DNA of 61,341 nt. Origin: an uncultured Gammaproteobacteria bacterium (GTDB lineage: Bacteria > Patescibacteriota > Microgenomatia > UBA8517). The stretch lies in the NCBI GenBank assembly GCA_964610395.1, contig CAZSXP010000001.1, positions 1 through 61,341 on the forward strand, in the 5' to 3' direction. Positions 1-8,342 of this stretch are shown here, one piece after another. How positions within the stretch are numbered: the first letter of the stretch is position 1; every line of letters starts with the position of its first letter. The notes beneath the pieces were generated by a model. It was not told where the DNA came from, made no database searches, and saw nothing but the letters and a program-made list of their open reading frames with translations. Position numbers and translations under genes: made by a program.

Positions 1-1532
1 TTAAGCTTTTTGAGAAAGGCTTGGCTTATAAAAAGAAATCTCCTGTAAATTGGTGCCCTAAAGATGAGACTGTTCTTGCAAACGAACAGGTGATTGACGG
101 AAAGTGCGATAGGTGTGATACGGCTGTTATTAAAAAAGATTTGGATCAATGGTTCTTTAAGATTACTGACTATGCTGATAGATTAATAGATGGTTTGGAT
201 GGGATTGATTGGCTTCCTGAAGTTAAAATTCAGCAAAAAAATTGGATAGGCAGAAAGAAAACTAAAAAAGGAGTAACTTATCATATTCATGATTGGTTAA
301 TATCAAGGCAGCGTTATTGGGGTTGCCCAATTCCAATGATTTATTGCAAACACTGCGCAATATTGCAAGGTGAGACCTTGCAATCTGGGTGGTCGCCGGT
401 GCCTGAAAAAGAGTTGCCTGTACTTCTTCCAACGGATGTTGATTTTCTGCCTCATGGAGAATCACCAATTGCACGATCTACTACTTTCCAGAAAGATGTA
501 GTTTGTTCTAGTTGTGGAAAACCTGCTAAAAGGGAAGTTGATACCATGGATACATATGTTGATTCATCTTGGTACTTTTTAAGATTTTGTGATCCAAAAA
601 ATACAAAAGCATTTGCAGATAAAGATAAAATTATTCCAGTTGATGACTATGTTGGTGGTGGTCATATAGTTCAACATTTATTATTTGCCAGATTTTTTTG
701 GAAAGTGTTGTTTGACGCAGGATATATAGATAAAAAAGTTGGGGATGAGCCGTTCTTGAAGCTTCGAGCCCCTGGGTGGATATTGGGACCTGATTCCAGA
801 AAGATGAGTAAGAGATGGGGTAATATTGTCACGCCTGACGATATTTTTCCTAAGTTTGGTGCAGATACATTGAGAGTATATGAAATGTTTATGGGACCGT
901 TTGATATAGTAAAACCTTGGAGTATTACAGGAGTGGAGGGGGCATATAGATTCTTGGGTCGCATTTGGAGACTTTTTTTGAATTCTGCACACGATTCGGC
1001 ACTTTCGAATTCTTTGGTTTTGTCTAAAATGCATCAGACAATTAAAAAAGTAGGGGAGGATATTGAAAATTATAAATTCAATACTGCAATTTCCAGTATT
1101 ATGGAATTTGTTAATACGATTTCTGACGCCCATGTCAGTTCCTCACTCCTTCGGGTTGCTTCGCAGACCAGTCGTTCGGCTGCTGACAATAGGCTCGAAA
1201 TCATGACTGTGTTGTGTAAATTGCTTGCACCGTTTGCTCCGCATATGATGGAAGAGGTTTGGCACGAAGTATTGGGTAACAAAGAATCAATCCATTTATC
1301 AAAATGGCCTGAATATGATCCCAAATATTTAATTCAAAATGAAGTTACAATAGCAATTCAGGTTAATGGTAAACTAAGAGGGCAATTAATAATTAAGAAT
1401 GAAGAGTTAATAAATAAAAACAAAATAATACAACTTGCAAAGGAAGATAAAAAGGTGGCAAAATGGTTAAAGAGTGGAACAGTTGAAAAAGAAATTTTTA
1501 TTCCTAACAAACTCATCAATTTTGTTATATAG
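1..1532 (+). CDS. leuS: Leucine--tRNA ligase, 5' end cut off by window edge; CP1 editing domain absent
   Basis: VNWCPKDETVLANEQV, DWLISRQRYWG, DTMDTYVDSSWY, KMSKR, LAPFAPH, QVNGKLRG motifs; frame stays open upstream to the window edge (KLFEKGLAY). Confidence 0.97.
   Translation, partial: KLFEKGLAYKKKSPVNWCPKDETVLANEQVIDGKCDRCDTAVIKKDLDQWFFKITDYADRLIDGLDGIDWLPEVKIQQKNWIGRKKTKKGVTYHIHDWLISRQRYWGCPIPMIYCKHCAILQGETLQSGWSPVPEKELPVLLPTDVDFLPHGESPIARSTTFQKDVVCSSCGKPAKREVDTMDTYVDSSWYFLRFCDPKNTKAFADKDKIIPVDDYVGGGHIVQHLLFARFFWKVLFDAGYIDKKVGDEPFLKLRAPGWILGPDSRKMSKRWGNIVTPDDIFPKFGADTLRVYEMFMGPFDIVKPWSITGVEGAYRFLGRIWRLFLNSAHDSALSNSLVLSKMHQTIKKVGEDIENYKFNTAISSIMEFVNTISDAHVSSSLLRVASQTSRSAADNRLEIMTVLCKLLAPFAPHMMEEVWHEVLGNKESIHLSKWPEYDPKYLIQNEVTIAIQVNGKLRGQLIIKNEELINKNKIIQLAKEDKKVAKWLKSGTVEKEIFIPNKLINFVI
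362..384. repeat. REP-like 23-bp palindrome (RAYT-associated family) inside leuS
   Basis: ATTGCAAGGT-GAG-ACCTTGCAAT, perfect 10-bp arms; translated LQGETLQ. Confidence 0.9.
1123..1188. repeat. GC-rich nested hairpin segment inside leuS
   Basis: TGTCAG(1133)...CTGACA(1188) outer arms enclosing CTCACTCCTTCG-[GGTTGCTTCGCAGACC]-AGTCGTTCG; encodes atypical HVSSSLLRVASQTSRSAADN. Confidence 0.55.
1384..1411. repeat. Degenerate 7-bp tandem repeat in leuS
   Basis: AATTAAT AATTAAG AATGAAG AGTTAAT. Confidence 0.55.
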
Positions 1533-2070
1533 CCTCATAGGGCTCATTCTAGTCGGTTTTGGAGTCTTAGCATACAAAATAGACCTGTTTTCCTCGGGAG
1601 ATAAAGTTGAAGTCCTGACATCGACTACAGAAGTCCAAGATGGTGATAAAGAGATAGTTGTGGAAATTGTTGGAGCTGTTGAAAAGGCAGGAGTTTATAA
1701 AATGCATTTGGGGGATAGAATTGATGACCTTTTGATAATTTCTGGTGGACTTTCAGAAAACGCTGACAGGGATTGGGTAATAAAAAATATTAATAGAGCA
1801 AGTAAGTTAACGGACGGACAAAAGTTATATATTTACCAGATAGGAGAGGTAAAAGGTGTCTCAACTGATACCGAAGCAAATCCATCAGGTTTTATAAATA
1901 TTAATACAGCAAGTCTTAAAGAACTTATAGATTTACCTGAAATAGGCCAAGAACGTGGGAAAAACATCATTGAACAAAGACCTTACTCAAACACTCAAGA
2001 ATTAGTTTCTAAGGGAGCAATTAGTCAAAAAGTTTTTGATAAAATCAAAAATGAAATTACAGTATATTAG
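1474..2070 (+). CDS. comEA: Competence DNA receptor ComEA (TM, SLBB and HhH domains)
   Basis: N-terminal TM; VEIVGAVEKAGVY SLBB; ININTASLKELIDLPEIG HhH; adjacent to comEC; exact start uncertain. Confidence 0.88.
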   Translation: MEQLKKKFLFLTNSSILLYSLIGLILVGFGVLAYKIDLFSSGDKVEVLTSTTEVQDGDKEIVVEIVGAVEKAGVYKMHLGDRIDDLLIISGGLSENADRDWVIKNINRASKLTDGQKLYIYQIGEVKGVSTDTEANPSGFININTASLKELIDLPEIGQERGKNIIEQRPYSNTQELVSKGAISQKVFDKIKNEITVY

Positions 2071-3115
2071 TTTGTTTGTAATTATTTTATTAATTTTTTT
2101 ACGGTTTTATTCAACTAGACCAGTGTATAAAAATGGGGATTTTGTAAAAATAACATCCAAAGTTTATAACGAACCAATAGTTTACGACAGGGAACAGTAT
2201 TTAAAACTTCAGGGACTAAAAATTTACTTACCAAAATATCCAGAAATTAGTTACGGTGATACTGTTGTCGTAATTGGTCAAGTTAGTCAGGACAAACTTG
2301 TTAGTCCAGAGTTAGTTGAGATACAAGATAGAGGACATATGATATATGATTTAAGACAAAAACTTATCTTGTTTTACAAGACTTCACTTCCTGAGCCTTT
2401 CAGCAGTTTGACTGCTGGAATTGTAATAGGCTCAAAAAATATGCCAGAAAGCTTTTGGGAAAAGCTAAAAGCTACAGGAACTGCCCATGTTGTAGTTGCT
2501 TCAGGCACAAATGTAACCATGACAGCAAGTTTTTTAATTGGTTTACTTACCGTTTTTCTTAAAAGAAAGGTCGCAATTTGGATTACATTGGTTGGTATTT
2601 TGGGTTATGTAGTGATTTCTGGCTTTGACGCGCCGATTATCAGGGCAGGAATTATGGGCAGTATATTATTATTTAGTCAAGAAATAGGCAGAGTCGCAAA
2701 TACATGGAGGATTTTAATTTATTCAGGGGCAATTATGCTTCTAATTAAACCAATTTGGATTACTGATCTGGGTTTTATTCTCTCATTTGTAGCAACTATT
2801 TCCCTCATGCTATTGCAGAAAAAAATAGATAATAGGCTTAAAATTATTCCCGCAATCTTTCGTGAAGGATTATCCACCTCGCTTGCAGCTCAGGTTGGAG
2901 TCGCGCCTATTATTTTTGTTACTTTTGGGCAGTTTAATATACTTTCCCCGATAATTAATGCCTTAATACTTTGGACCATTCCCTATATCATGGTAATAGG
3001 GGCGTTAGGAGGAATAGTAGGTCTAATTGTACCAGTATTAGGTAGATTGATACTGTTTATTTTATTTCCATTTTTACTATGGTTTACAAAAATTTTAGAA
3101 ATATTCTCGTATTAG
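2051..3115 (+). CDS. comEC: ComEC/Rec2 competence membrane domain protein
   Basis: GTAHVVVASGTNV, PIIRAGIM, DLGFILSF motifs; multiple TMs. Confidence 0.9.
   Translation: MKLQYISLFVIILLIFLRFYSTRPVYKNGDFVKITSKVYNEPIVYDREQYLKLQGLKIYLPKYPEISYGDTVVVIGQVSQDKLVSPELVEIQDRGHMIYDLRQKLILFYKTSLPEPFSSLTAGIVIGSKNMPESFWEKLKATGTAHVVVASGTNVTMTASFLIGLLTVFLKRKVAIWITLVGILGYVVISGFDAPIIRAGIMGSILLFSQEIGRVANTWRILIYSGAIMLLIKPIWITDLGFILSFVATISLMLLQKKIDNRLKIIPAIFREGLSTSLAAQVGVAPIIFVTFGQFNILSPIINALILWTIPYIMVIGALGGIVGLIVPVLGRLILFILFPFLLWFTKILEIFSY
2320..2354. repeat. Degenerate 7-bp tandem repeat in comEC
   Basis: GATACAA GATAGAG GACATAT GATATAT GATTTAA. Confidence 0.6.
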
Positions 3116-3897
3116 TACTAATTACAGTTTGGCTGGCTGTATTTAATATTGATAATAAATTGCACATAATTGCTTGTGATGTTGGTCAGGGGGATGCAAT
3201 ATTAATACAAAAAAATACTACACAGATTTTAATAGATGGAGGGCCAGATAAAAGTGTCTTGGATTGCCTTGGAAGACACGTGCCGTTTTTTGATAAAACT
3301 ATCGAACTTGTTATTTTGACCCATCCTCAAGAGGATCACTATGGAGGCTTAATTGATGTCTTTAAAAACTATGAAATAGGTTTGTTTGGCGAGTATAACC
3401 GAGAGTCTAGCAATCTATCATATCAAGTGCTAAGAAACATACCCACCAACCCCATTACTTTAACAAAAGGTACTAAACTTAGGCTTGGTATGATATATTT
3501 AGATATACTTCACCCATTGGCTGATACTAATAACAAGAATGCTAATGATGATGGTATAGTAACTCTTCTAAAATATAAAGAATTCAAGGCTATTTTTACT
3601 GCAGATGTGGAAAATAAGGTCAGTGATGAGCTTTCAGAATTGACAGAAATACAAAACCTTAACTATCTCAAAGTGAATCATCATGGTTCAAAAAATGGAT
3701 TGAGTCAAAAGTTACTTGATGCAACTGATCCAGACGTGGCTGTTATTAGTGTTGGCAAGAAAAATAGCTATGGACACCCACATATTGAAATACTACAAAT
3801 GCTAAATACTATCAAATTCGTCAAAATTTTAAGGACAGATCAAATAGGTGATGTAGATGTTGTAACAGATGGCATTAAATTTTGGTACAATGAATAA
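3079..3897 (+). CDS. MBL-fold metallo-hydrolase (separately encoded ComEC C-terminal domain)
   Basis: DVGQGDA, THPQEDHYGG, KVNHHGS, NSYGHPH motifs. Confidence 0.92.
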   Translation: MVYKNFRNILVLVLITVWLAVFNIDNKLHIIACDVGQGDAILIQKNTTQILIDGGPDKSVLDCLGRHVPFFDKTIELVILTHPQEDHYGGLIDVFKNYEIGLFGEYNRESSNLSYQVLRNIPTNPITLTKGTKLRLGMIYLDILHPLADTNNKNANDDGIVTLLKYKEFKAIFTADVENKVSDELSELTEIQNLNYLKVNHHGSKNGLSQKLLDATDPDVAVISVGKKNSYGHPHIEILQMLNTIKFVKILRTDQIGDVDVVTDGIKFWYNE

Positions 3898-5535
3898 ATG
3901 ATAAATTACAAAGTAGAAATCAGAAAAATATTAGCAAGAGTTACTGGTGTTAAAAATCCAGAAGTGGAATTTTCTGCAAGTGAACAGTTTGGAGATTATA
4001 GTTCAAATGTAGTGTTAAAAAATAAAGATCTTGATATAGATAAAATTATCAAAAAACTAAACGAAGAAAATTCTGACTTTATTGCAGAAAAAAAAGGAAA
4101 ATTCATCAATTTTTGGCTAAAAAAAGATATATTAGTTAATAATTTGATATCTAAAGACATAGATATTAAAAAAAATAATGGAGTTGTAATAATTGATTAT
4201 TCATCACCAAATATCGCCAAACCTTTTGGCATAGGTCACCTTCGTTCAACTGTCATAGGTCAAGCAATTTATAATTTATATAAATATTTGGGATTTGAAG
4301 TGATTGGAGATAATCATTTAGGAGATTGGGGAACACAGTTTGGCAAACTTCTATATATGATAGACAAAACTAAGACAAAGGATTATTCAATTGAAAACTT
4401 GGAAAAATTATATGTTAATTTCCACACAGAAGCTGAAAAAGATGAAATACTGGAAGAAGAAGCAAGAATTTGGTTTAAGAAGTTAGAGGATGGGGACACA
4501 GAAGCTAGAACTATTTGGAAGCAGTGTGTAAATGTATCCTTAAACGAATTTAGTAAAATATATGCCCTTTTGGGCGTAAAAATAGATAATAGTTTTGGGG
4601 AAAGTTTCTATCTCGAGGAAATGAAAGAGATGCTTCTTGACCCCAAAATAATCAAATATCTTGAAACAGGCGAAAACAATTCTAAAATAATTAATATTCC
4701 CGATATTAAAACACCTCTAATGTTTCTAAAGTCAGATGGCGCAACTACTTATGCTACTCGTGATATGGCAACACTTGCTTTTAGACAAAAAAAATATAAG
4801 CCCGATTTAATTATTTACGAGGTTGGAGCAGAACAACAACTTTATTTTAAACAATTATTTGCAGCTGCTAGACTTTTAAAAATTATTGATCCAAAAACAG
4901 AGCTTGTTCATACTGCACATGGGCTTTACCTTGCGCCTGATGGTAAGAAATTTTCAACCAGAAAGGGAAAAACAATTAAACTTATTGAAGTTTTAGAGGA
5001 AGCAATTGAAAGAGCGATGGAACTTGGTAAAAAATCAAGTGGATCAGCCTACGCCAAGGCTACGGCCGACGCTGTAGGCATTGGGGCAATAAAATACTTT
5101 GATTTGATGCATTCTGTGCAAAGTAACGTTGTTTTTGATTGGGAAAAGATAATGAATATGGAGGGAAATAGTGGGCCATATTTACAATATACTATCGCTC
5201 GAACTAATTCAGTAGTTTCTAAAGGTCTGACCCTCAAAGCTGAGCGCGTCCGTAAGGGTCAGACCTTACCAGAGCTAACAGAACAGGAACTTTCAGTTCT
5301 TCGTAAATTATCCCAATTTCAGGAGGTAATTATGACTGCAGCAAAAAGTTACTCACCCAATATTTTATGCAATTATTTGTATGAACTGGCAAGTAAATTT
5401 AATACCTTTTACAATGCTCATAAAATAATTAGTGGAGAGAATCAAGAATTTAGATTACAACTTACAAAATCAACAGGAGAGGTGTTAAAAACTGGACTTA
5501 ATTTACTTGGAATTGACGCTCCTGAAAAGATGTAA
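3898..5535 (+). CDS. argS: Arginine--tRNA ligase
   Basis: DYSSPNIAKPFGIGHLRS, GDWGTQFG, KFSTRKG, GNSGPYLQY, C-terminal APEKM. Confidence 0.97.
   Translation: MINYKVEIRKILARVTGVKNPEVEFSASEQFGDYSSNVVLKNKDLDIDKIIKKLNEENSDFIAEKKGKFINFWLKKDILVNNLISKDIDIKKNNGVVIIDYSSPNIAKPFGIGHLRSTVIGQAIYNLYKYLGFEVIGDNHLGDWGTQFGKLLYMIDKTKTKDYSIENLEKLYVNFHTEAEKDEILEEEARIWFKKLEDGDTEARTIWKQCVNVSLNEFSKIYALLGVKIDNSFGESFYLEEMKEMLLDPKIIKYLETGENNSKIINIPDIKTPLMFLKSDGATTYATRDMATLAFRQKKYKPDLIIYEVGAEQQLYFKQLFAAARLLKIIDPKTELVHTAHGLYLAPDGKKFSTRKGKTIKLIEVLEEAIERAMELGKKSSGSAYAKATADAVGIGAIKYFDLMHSVQSNVVFDWEKIMNMEGNSGPYLQYTIARTNSVVSKGLTLKAERVRKGQTLPELTEQELSVLRKLSQFQEVIMTAAKSYSPNILCNYLYELASKFNTFYNAHKIISGENQEFRLQLTKSTGEVLKTGLNLLGIDAPEKM
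5047..5066. repeat. GC-rich hairpin element (family 2) inside argS
   Basis: GCCTACGCCAAGGCTACGGC, translated SAYAKATA; shares core CGCCAAGGCTWCG with the copy in def. Confidence 0.65.
5222..5267. repeat. Inverted REP doublet (REPIN-like) inside argS
   Basis: AAGGTCTGACCCT (5222-5234) and its exact reverse complement AGGGTCAGACCTT (5255-5267), 20-nt spacer; translated KGLTLKAERVRKGQTLP. Confidence 0.85.
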
Positions 5536-6021
5536 ATTATTAGGTTTTCCTGCTAATTGTTCTTCTAGTTTTCTTTCAATGTAACTTACACTAATTCCTT
5601 TGATCATTTCATCAAGTTCTGTGTCTTCACTTAAATTTATACCTTGTTTTTCTGCAATTCTTTTTAATATTGAGAGTGATTTTGATATTTCTTTTTCTGC
5701 AATTTTATTAACCTGCATATCAAGTTCTTCTCTAATTTTTCCAACTTGGGATTGTCTTTGTTGGGATACAAGAACAATAATAGTTAAAATAATGGCTTCA
5801 AGAGATACACCTGTTGTTAAAAAGAAAAATGGAAATGGATCAAAAACGACAATTCCTGAAATATAACCTAAATTTGCAATAATCCAAAATACAAAAAGAA
5901 AAACATTGAAAGCTAAAAACCAGACACTGCCAAAAAAAGTGGTAAATCTATCTGCAACCTTAATTATATAAGGTCTTTTCTTCATTTCTTTGGCTTCAAA
6001 ACTTTGCACAATAGTTGACAT
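5503..6021 (-). CDS. DUF1003-family membrane protein
   Basis: ADRFTTFFGS, FDPFPF, VSLEAI..SQ motifs. Confidence 0.85.
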   Translation of the reverse strand: MSTIVQSFEAKEMKKRPYIIKVADRFTTFFGSVWFLAFNVFLFVFWIIANLGYISGIVVFDPFPFFFLTTGVSLEAIILTIIVLVSQQRQSQVGKIREELDMQVNKIAEKEISKSLSILKRIAEKQGINLSEDTELDEMIKGISVSYIERKLEEQLAGKPNNLHLFRSVNSK

Positions 6022-6043
6022 ATTTATATGGTAGAATAATTAG

Positions 6044-7321
6044 ATGCAATATGCAAAGAGTGTTTTATCAAATGGCCTCAGAGTAATTACAATCCCAATG
6101 CCTAGTTTAGAATCTGTTACAGTATCAATATGGGCAAAGACGGGATCAAGAAATGAAAATTCCAAAAATAATGGGATTAGCCACTTTTTAGAACATATGT
6201 TTTTTAAGGGAACAACAAATAGGCCTACTGCCAAGCAAATTGCAGAGGAAATAGACTCAATAGGTGGGATCCAAAACGCAGGGACTTCAAAAGAATATAC
6301 AGAATACTATATAAAATGCAGGGCAGATAAAATTGAAACAGCTTTTGATTTATTATCTGATATGGCTATGAACTCACTACTTGACGAATCAGAAATTGAG
6401 AGGGAAAAGGGGACTATTATTGAAGAAATTAGAATGTATGAAGATACTCCAATGATCTCGATTGGTGAAGTTTTTGAGAGCCTTATTTATTCAGGACATA
6501 CATTGGGAATGGACATTGCAGGCACAGAAAAGACGGTGGGAGGGATGAAGAGAGGGGATTTTATTGATTATCAAAAGAATTTTTACAACCCAGAAAATAT
6601 GATTTTAACAGTTGCAGGAGGAGTAACCCAAGAAGATAGTTTTTCGCTTGCGAAAAAATACTTCTCGGGAATGTCAAATCTACAAATCCGCAAATCTACA
6701 AATGACCAATACAAAGCAACACAAACAGCGCCAAAAATTAAGTTACATAATAAAAAGAAAGAGCAGACGCATGTAATACTAGGTTTTTTGGCAGATGGGA
6801 AAAATTACAAAGGTAAATATGCCCAAACCATCCTTTCTGCAATTTTAGGTGGGGGAATGAGTTCACGTATGTTTACTGAAGTCAGGGAAAGAAGAGGACT
6901 TGCATATGCAATTCGTACCTCAATGGATAGATATACAGATATTGGATACATGGGAACATATGCAGGACTTGATACTAAAAGAGCCGAAGAGGCTGTAAAA
7001 GTAATGCTAGAAGAGCATTACAAAATTCTTAATTCTAAATTCTTAATTTCCAACGCGGAACTCTTGAAAGCTAAAGAGTTCTTAAAGGGTCATTTGGCGC
7101 TGGCCTTGGAGGACACAAGTGATGTTTCAAGCTTCTTTGGAGATCAAGAATTATTTTCCCAAAAAGTACTAACCCCTGAAGAAGTGTTTAAAAAGATTGA
7201 TAAAGTGACCATGGATGAAGTTAATTTTGAAGCCAAAAGACTTTTTGTGCCAGAAAGATTAAATTTAGCAATAATAGGGCCGTATGAAAGTGATAGTAAG
7301 TTTGTTAAAATAATAAAATGA
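6044..7321 (+). CDS. M16 family zinc peptidase (pitrilysin/insulinase)
   Basis: HFLEH inverted zinc motif; GGMSSRMFTEVRERRGLAY. Confidence 0.95.
   Translation: MQYAKSVLSNGLRVITIPMPSLESVTVSIWAKTGSRNENSKNNGISHFLEHMFFKGTTNRPTAKQIAEEIDSIGGIQNAGTSKEYTEYYIKCRADKIETAFDLLSDMAMNSLLDESEIEREKGTIIEEIRMYEDTPMISIGEVFESLIYSGHTLGMDIAGTEKTVGGMKRGDFIDYQKNFYNPENMILTVAGGVTQEDSFSLAKKYFSGMSNLQIRKSTNDQYKATQTAPKIKLHNKKKEQTHVILGFLADGKNYKGKYAQTILSAILGGGMSSRMFTEVRERRGLAYAIRTSMDRYTDIGYMGTYAGLDTKRAEEAVKVMLEEHYKILNSKFLISNAELLKAKEFLKGHLALALEDTSDVSSFFGDQELFSQKVLTPEEVFKKIDKVTMDEVNFEAKRLFVPERLNLAIIGPYESDSKFVKIIK
6675..6706. repeat. Degenerate 8-bp tandem repeat in M16 peptidase linker
   Basis: CAAATCTA CAAATCCG CAAATCTA CAAATGAC. 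Confidence 0.65.
7024..7051. repeat. Degenerate 7-bp tandem repeat in M16 peptidase
   Basis: AATTCTT AATTCTA AATTCTT AATTTCC. Confidence 0.65.
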
Positions 7322-7785
7322 TGGAAAAAACAGTAGTACTAATTAAACCAGATGGACTTCAAAGAGGTTTGGTTGGGGAAATTATGCATAGATTTGAAAG
7401 AAAGGGTCTAAAACTTATTGGAATTAAGATGATTAGACTAACGGATGATATTTTAGAAAATTGGTATTTTCATCACAAAGACAAAGCATTTTTTAAGGAC
7501 TTAAAGGATTTTATGGAATGGACACCTGTTGTGGCCATGGTTTGGGAAGGGCTTGATGCAATAGCAGCTGTTCGTAAGGTTGTGGGTATTACAAAAGCCA
7601 GAGAGGTTGAGGCAGGGTCAATTAGGGGGGATTTTGGAATGAGTGGATCACAAAATATTATACATGCTTCGGACTCTGCAGAGTCTGCAGAAAAAGAATT
7701 GGGACTGGTATTTAATATCGATGAAATTTTTGATTACGATAGCTCTATGGATCTACTTATATACTCCAAAGAAGAAGTAAAATAA
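7318..7785 (+). CDS. ndk: Nucleoside diphosphate kinase
   Basis: IKPDG, GSIRGDF, NIIHASDS active-site His motif. Confidence 0.97.
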   Translation: MMEKTVVLIKPDGLQRGLVGEIMHRFERKGLKLIGIKMIRLTDDILENWYFHHKDKAFFKDLKDFMEWTPVVAMVWEGLDAIAAVRKVVGITKAREVEAGSIRGDFGMSGSQNIIHASDSAESAEKELGLVFNIDEIFDYDSSMDLLIYSKEEVK

Positions 7786-7793
7786 ATTTTTTG

Positions 7794-7865
7794 TCGGAAT
7801 GGGCAGAATTGAACTGCCTGTCTCTTCGTCCCGAACGAAGCGTGATACCGATTCACTACATTCCG
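7794..7865 (-). tRNA. tRNA-Pro(CGG)
   Basis: Acceptor CGGAATG/CATTCCG, anticodon arm CTTCG-TTCGGGA-CGAAG, T-loop TTCAATT; CCA not encoded. Confidence 0.92.
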
Positions 7866-7917
7866 AGCAAAGCGAGGAATGCCAAGCTTAGCCGTAGGCG
7901 GGCTTACAGTCCGCTTG

Positions 7918-7989
7918 TGTCCTCATCATGAGTCGAACATGAATTTGAGGTTTAGGAAACCCCTGTTCTGTCCATTGAACTATGAGGAC
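7918..7989 (-). tRNA. tRNA-Arg(CCT)
   Basis: Acceptor GTCCTCA/TGAGGAC, anticodon arm GGGGT-TTCCTAA-ACCTC, T-loop TTCGACT. Confidence 0.92.
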
Positions 7990-8251
7990 GTATTTGTATT
8001 TTACTATCTTTACAACTTATTAACCATTTTATATATTTTTTGCTTTTGTAAGATTTTAATTTTTGTTCTCTTTTCCTAGCTTCCATTATGGTTTTATATT
8101 CCTCTTTATAAACAAGTTCATACGTTTCTAAAACTCTCGTCGTTCTCGTATGGCCCAGTTTATGTTGTTTTATCCTACGTTTTAAATCAATCGTTGAACC
8201 AATATAATAACGATCTGTTTGTTGATTTGTCAAAATATAAAGATATGCCAT
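7952..8251 (-). CDS. Small GIY-YIG nuclease; 3' end runs into tRNA-Arg
   Basis: YLYIL...YYIGST..LKRRIKQH...ARKREQKLK signature of UPF0213-like GIY-YIG proteins. Confidence 0.88.
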   Translation of the reverse strand: MAYLYILTNQQTDRYYIGSTIDLKRRIKQHKLGHTRTTRVLETYELVYKEEYKTIMEARKREQKLKSYKSKKYIKWLISCKDSKIQIRPHSSMDRTGVS

Positions 8252-8255
8252 ATTC

Positions 8256-8328
8256 TTGTTCTACCAGCGAAGCTGGCAAGCTTGCTTATCCATTGACCCC
8301 GATTAAATCGGGGTTGAGCTATAGCGGC
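8256..8328 (-). pseudogene. Degenerate tRNA 5' half interrupted by two palindromic insertions
   Basis: Minus strand GCCGCTATAGC-TCAA-[CCCCGATTTAATCGGGG]-TCAA-TGGA-TA-[AGCAAGCTTGCCAGCTTCGCTGG]-TA-GAACA; without the inserts it aligns to the tRNA-Arg 5' half GTCCTCATAGTTCAATGGACAGAACA. Confidence 0.6.
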
Positions 8329-8342
8329 GTATTTGAATTATA

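Noticed and set aside
671-1324. Antisense and alternate-frame ORFs over leuS, and similar ones over mreB, topA, frr and rseP
   Set aside because: Shadow ORFs of well-supported genes, with no recognisable motifs
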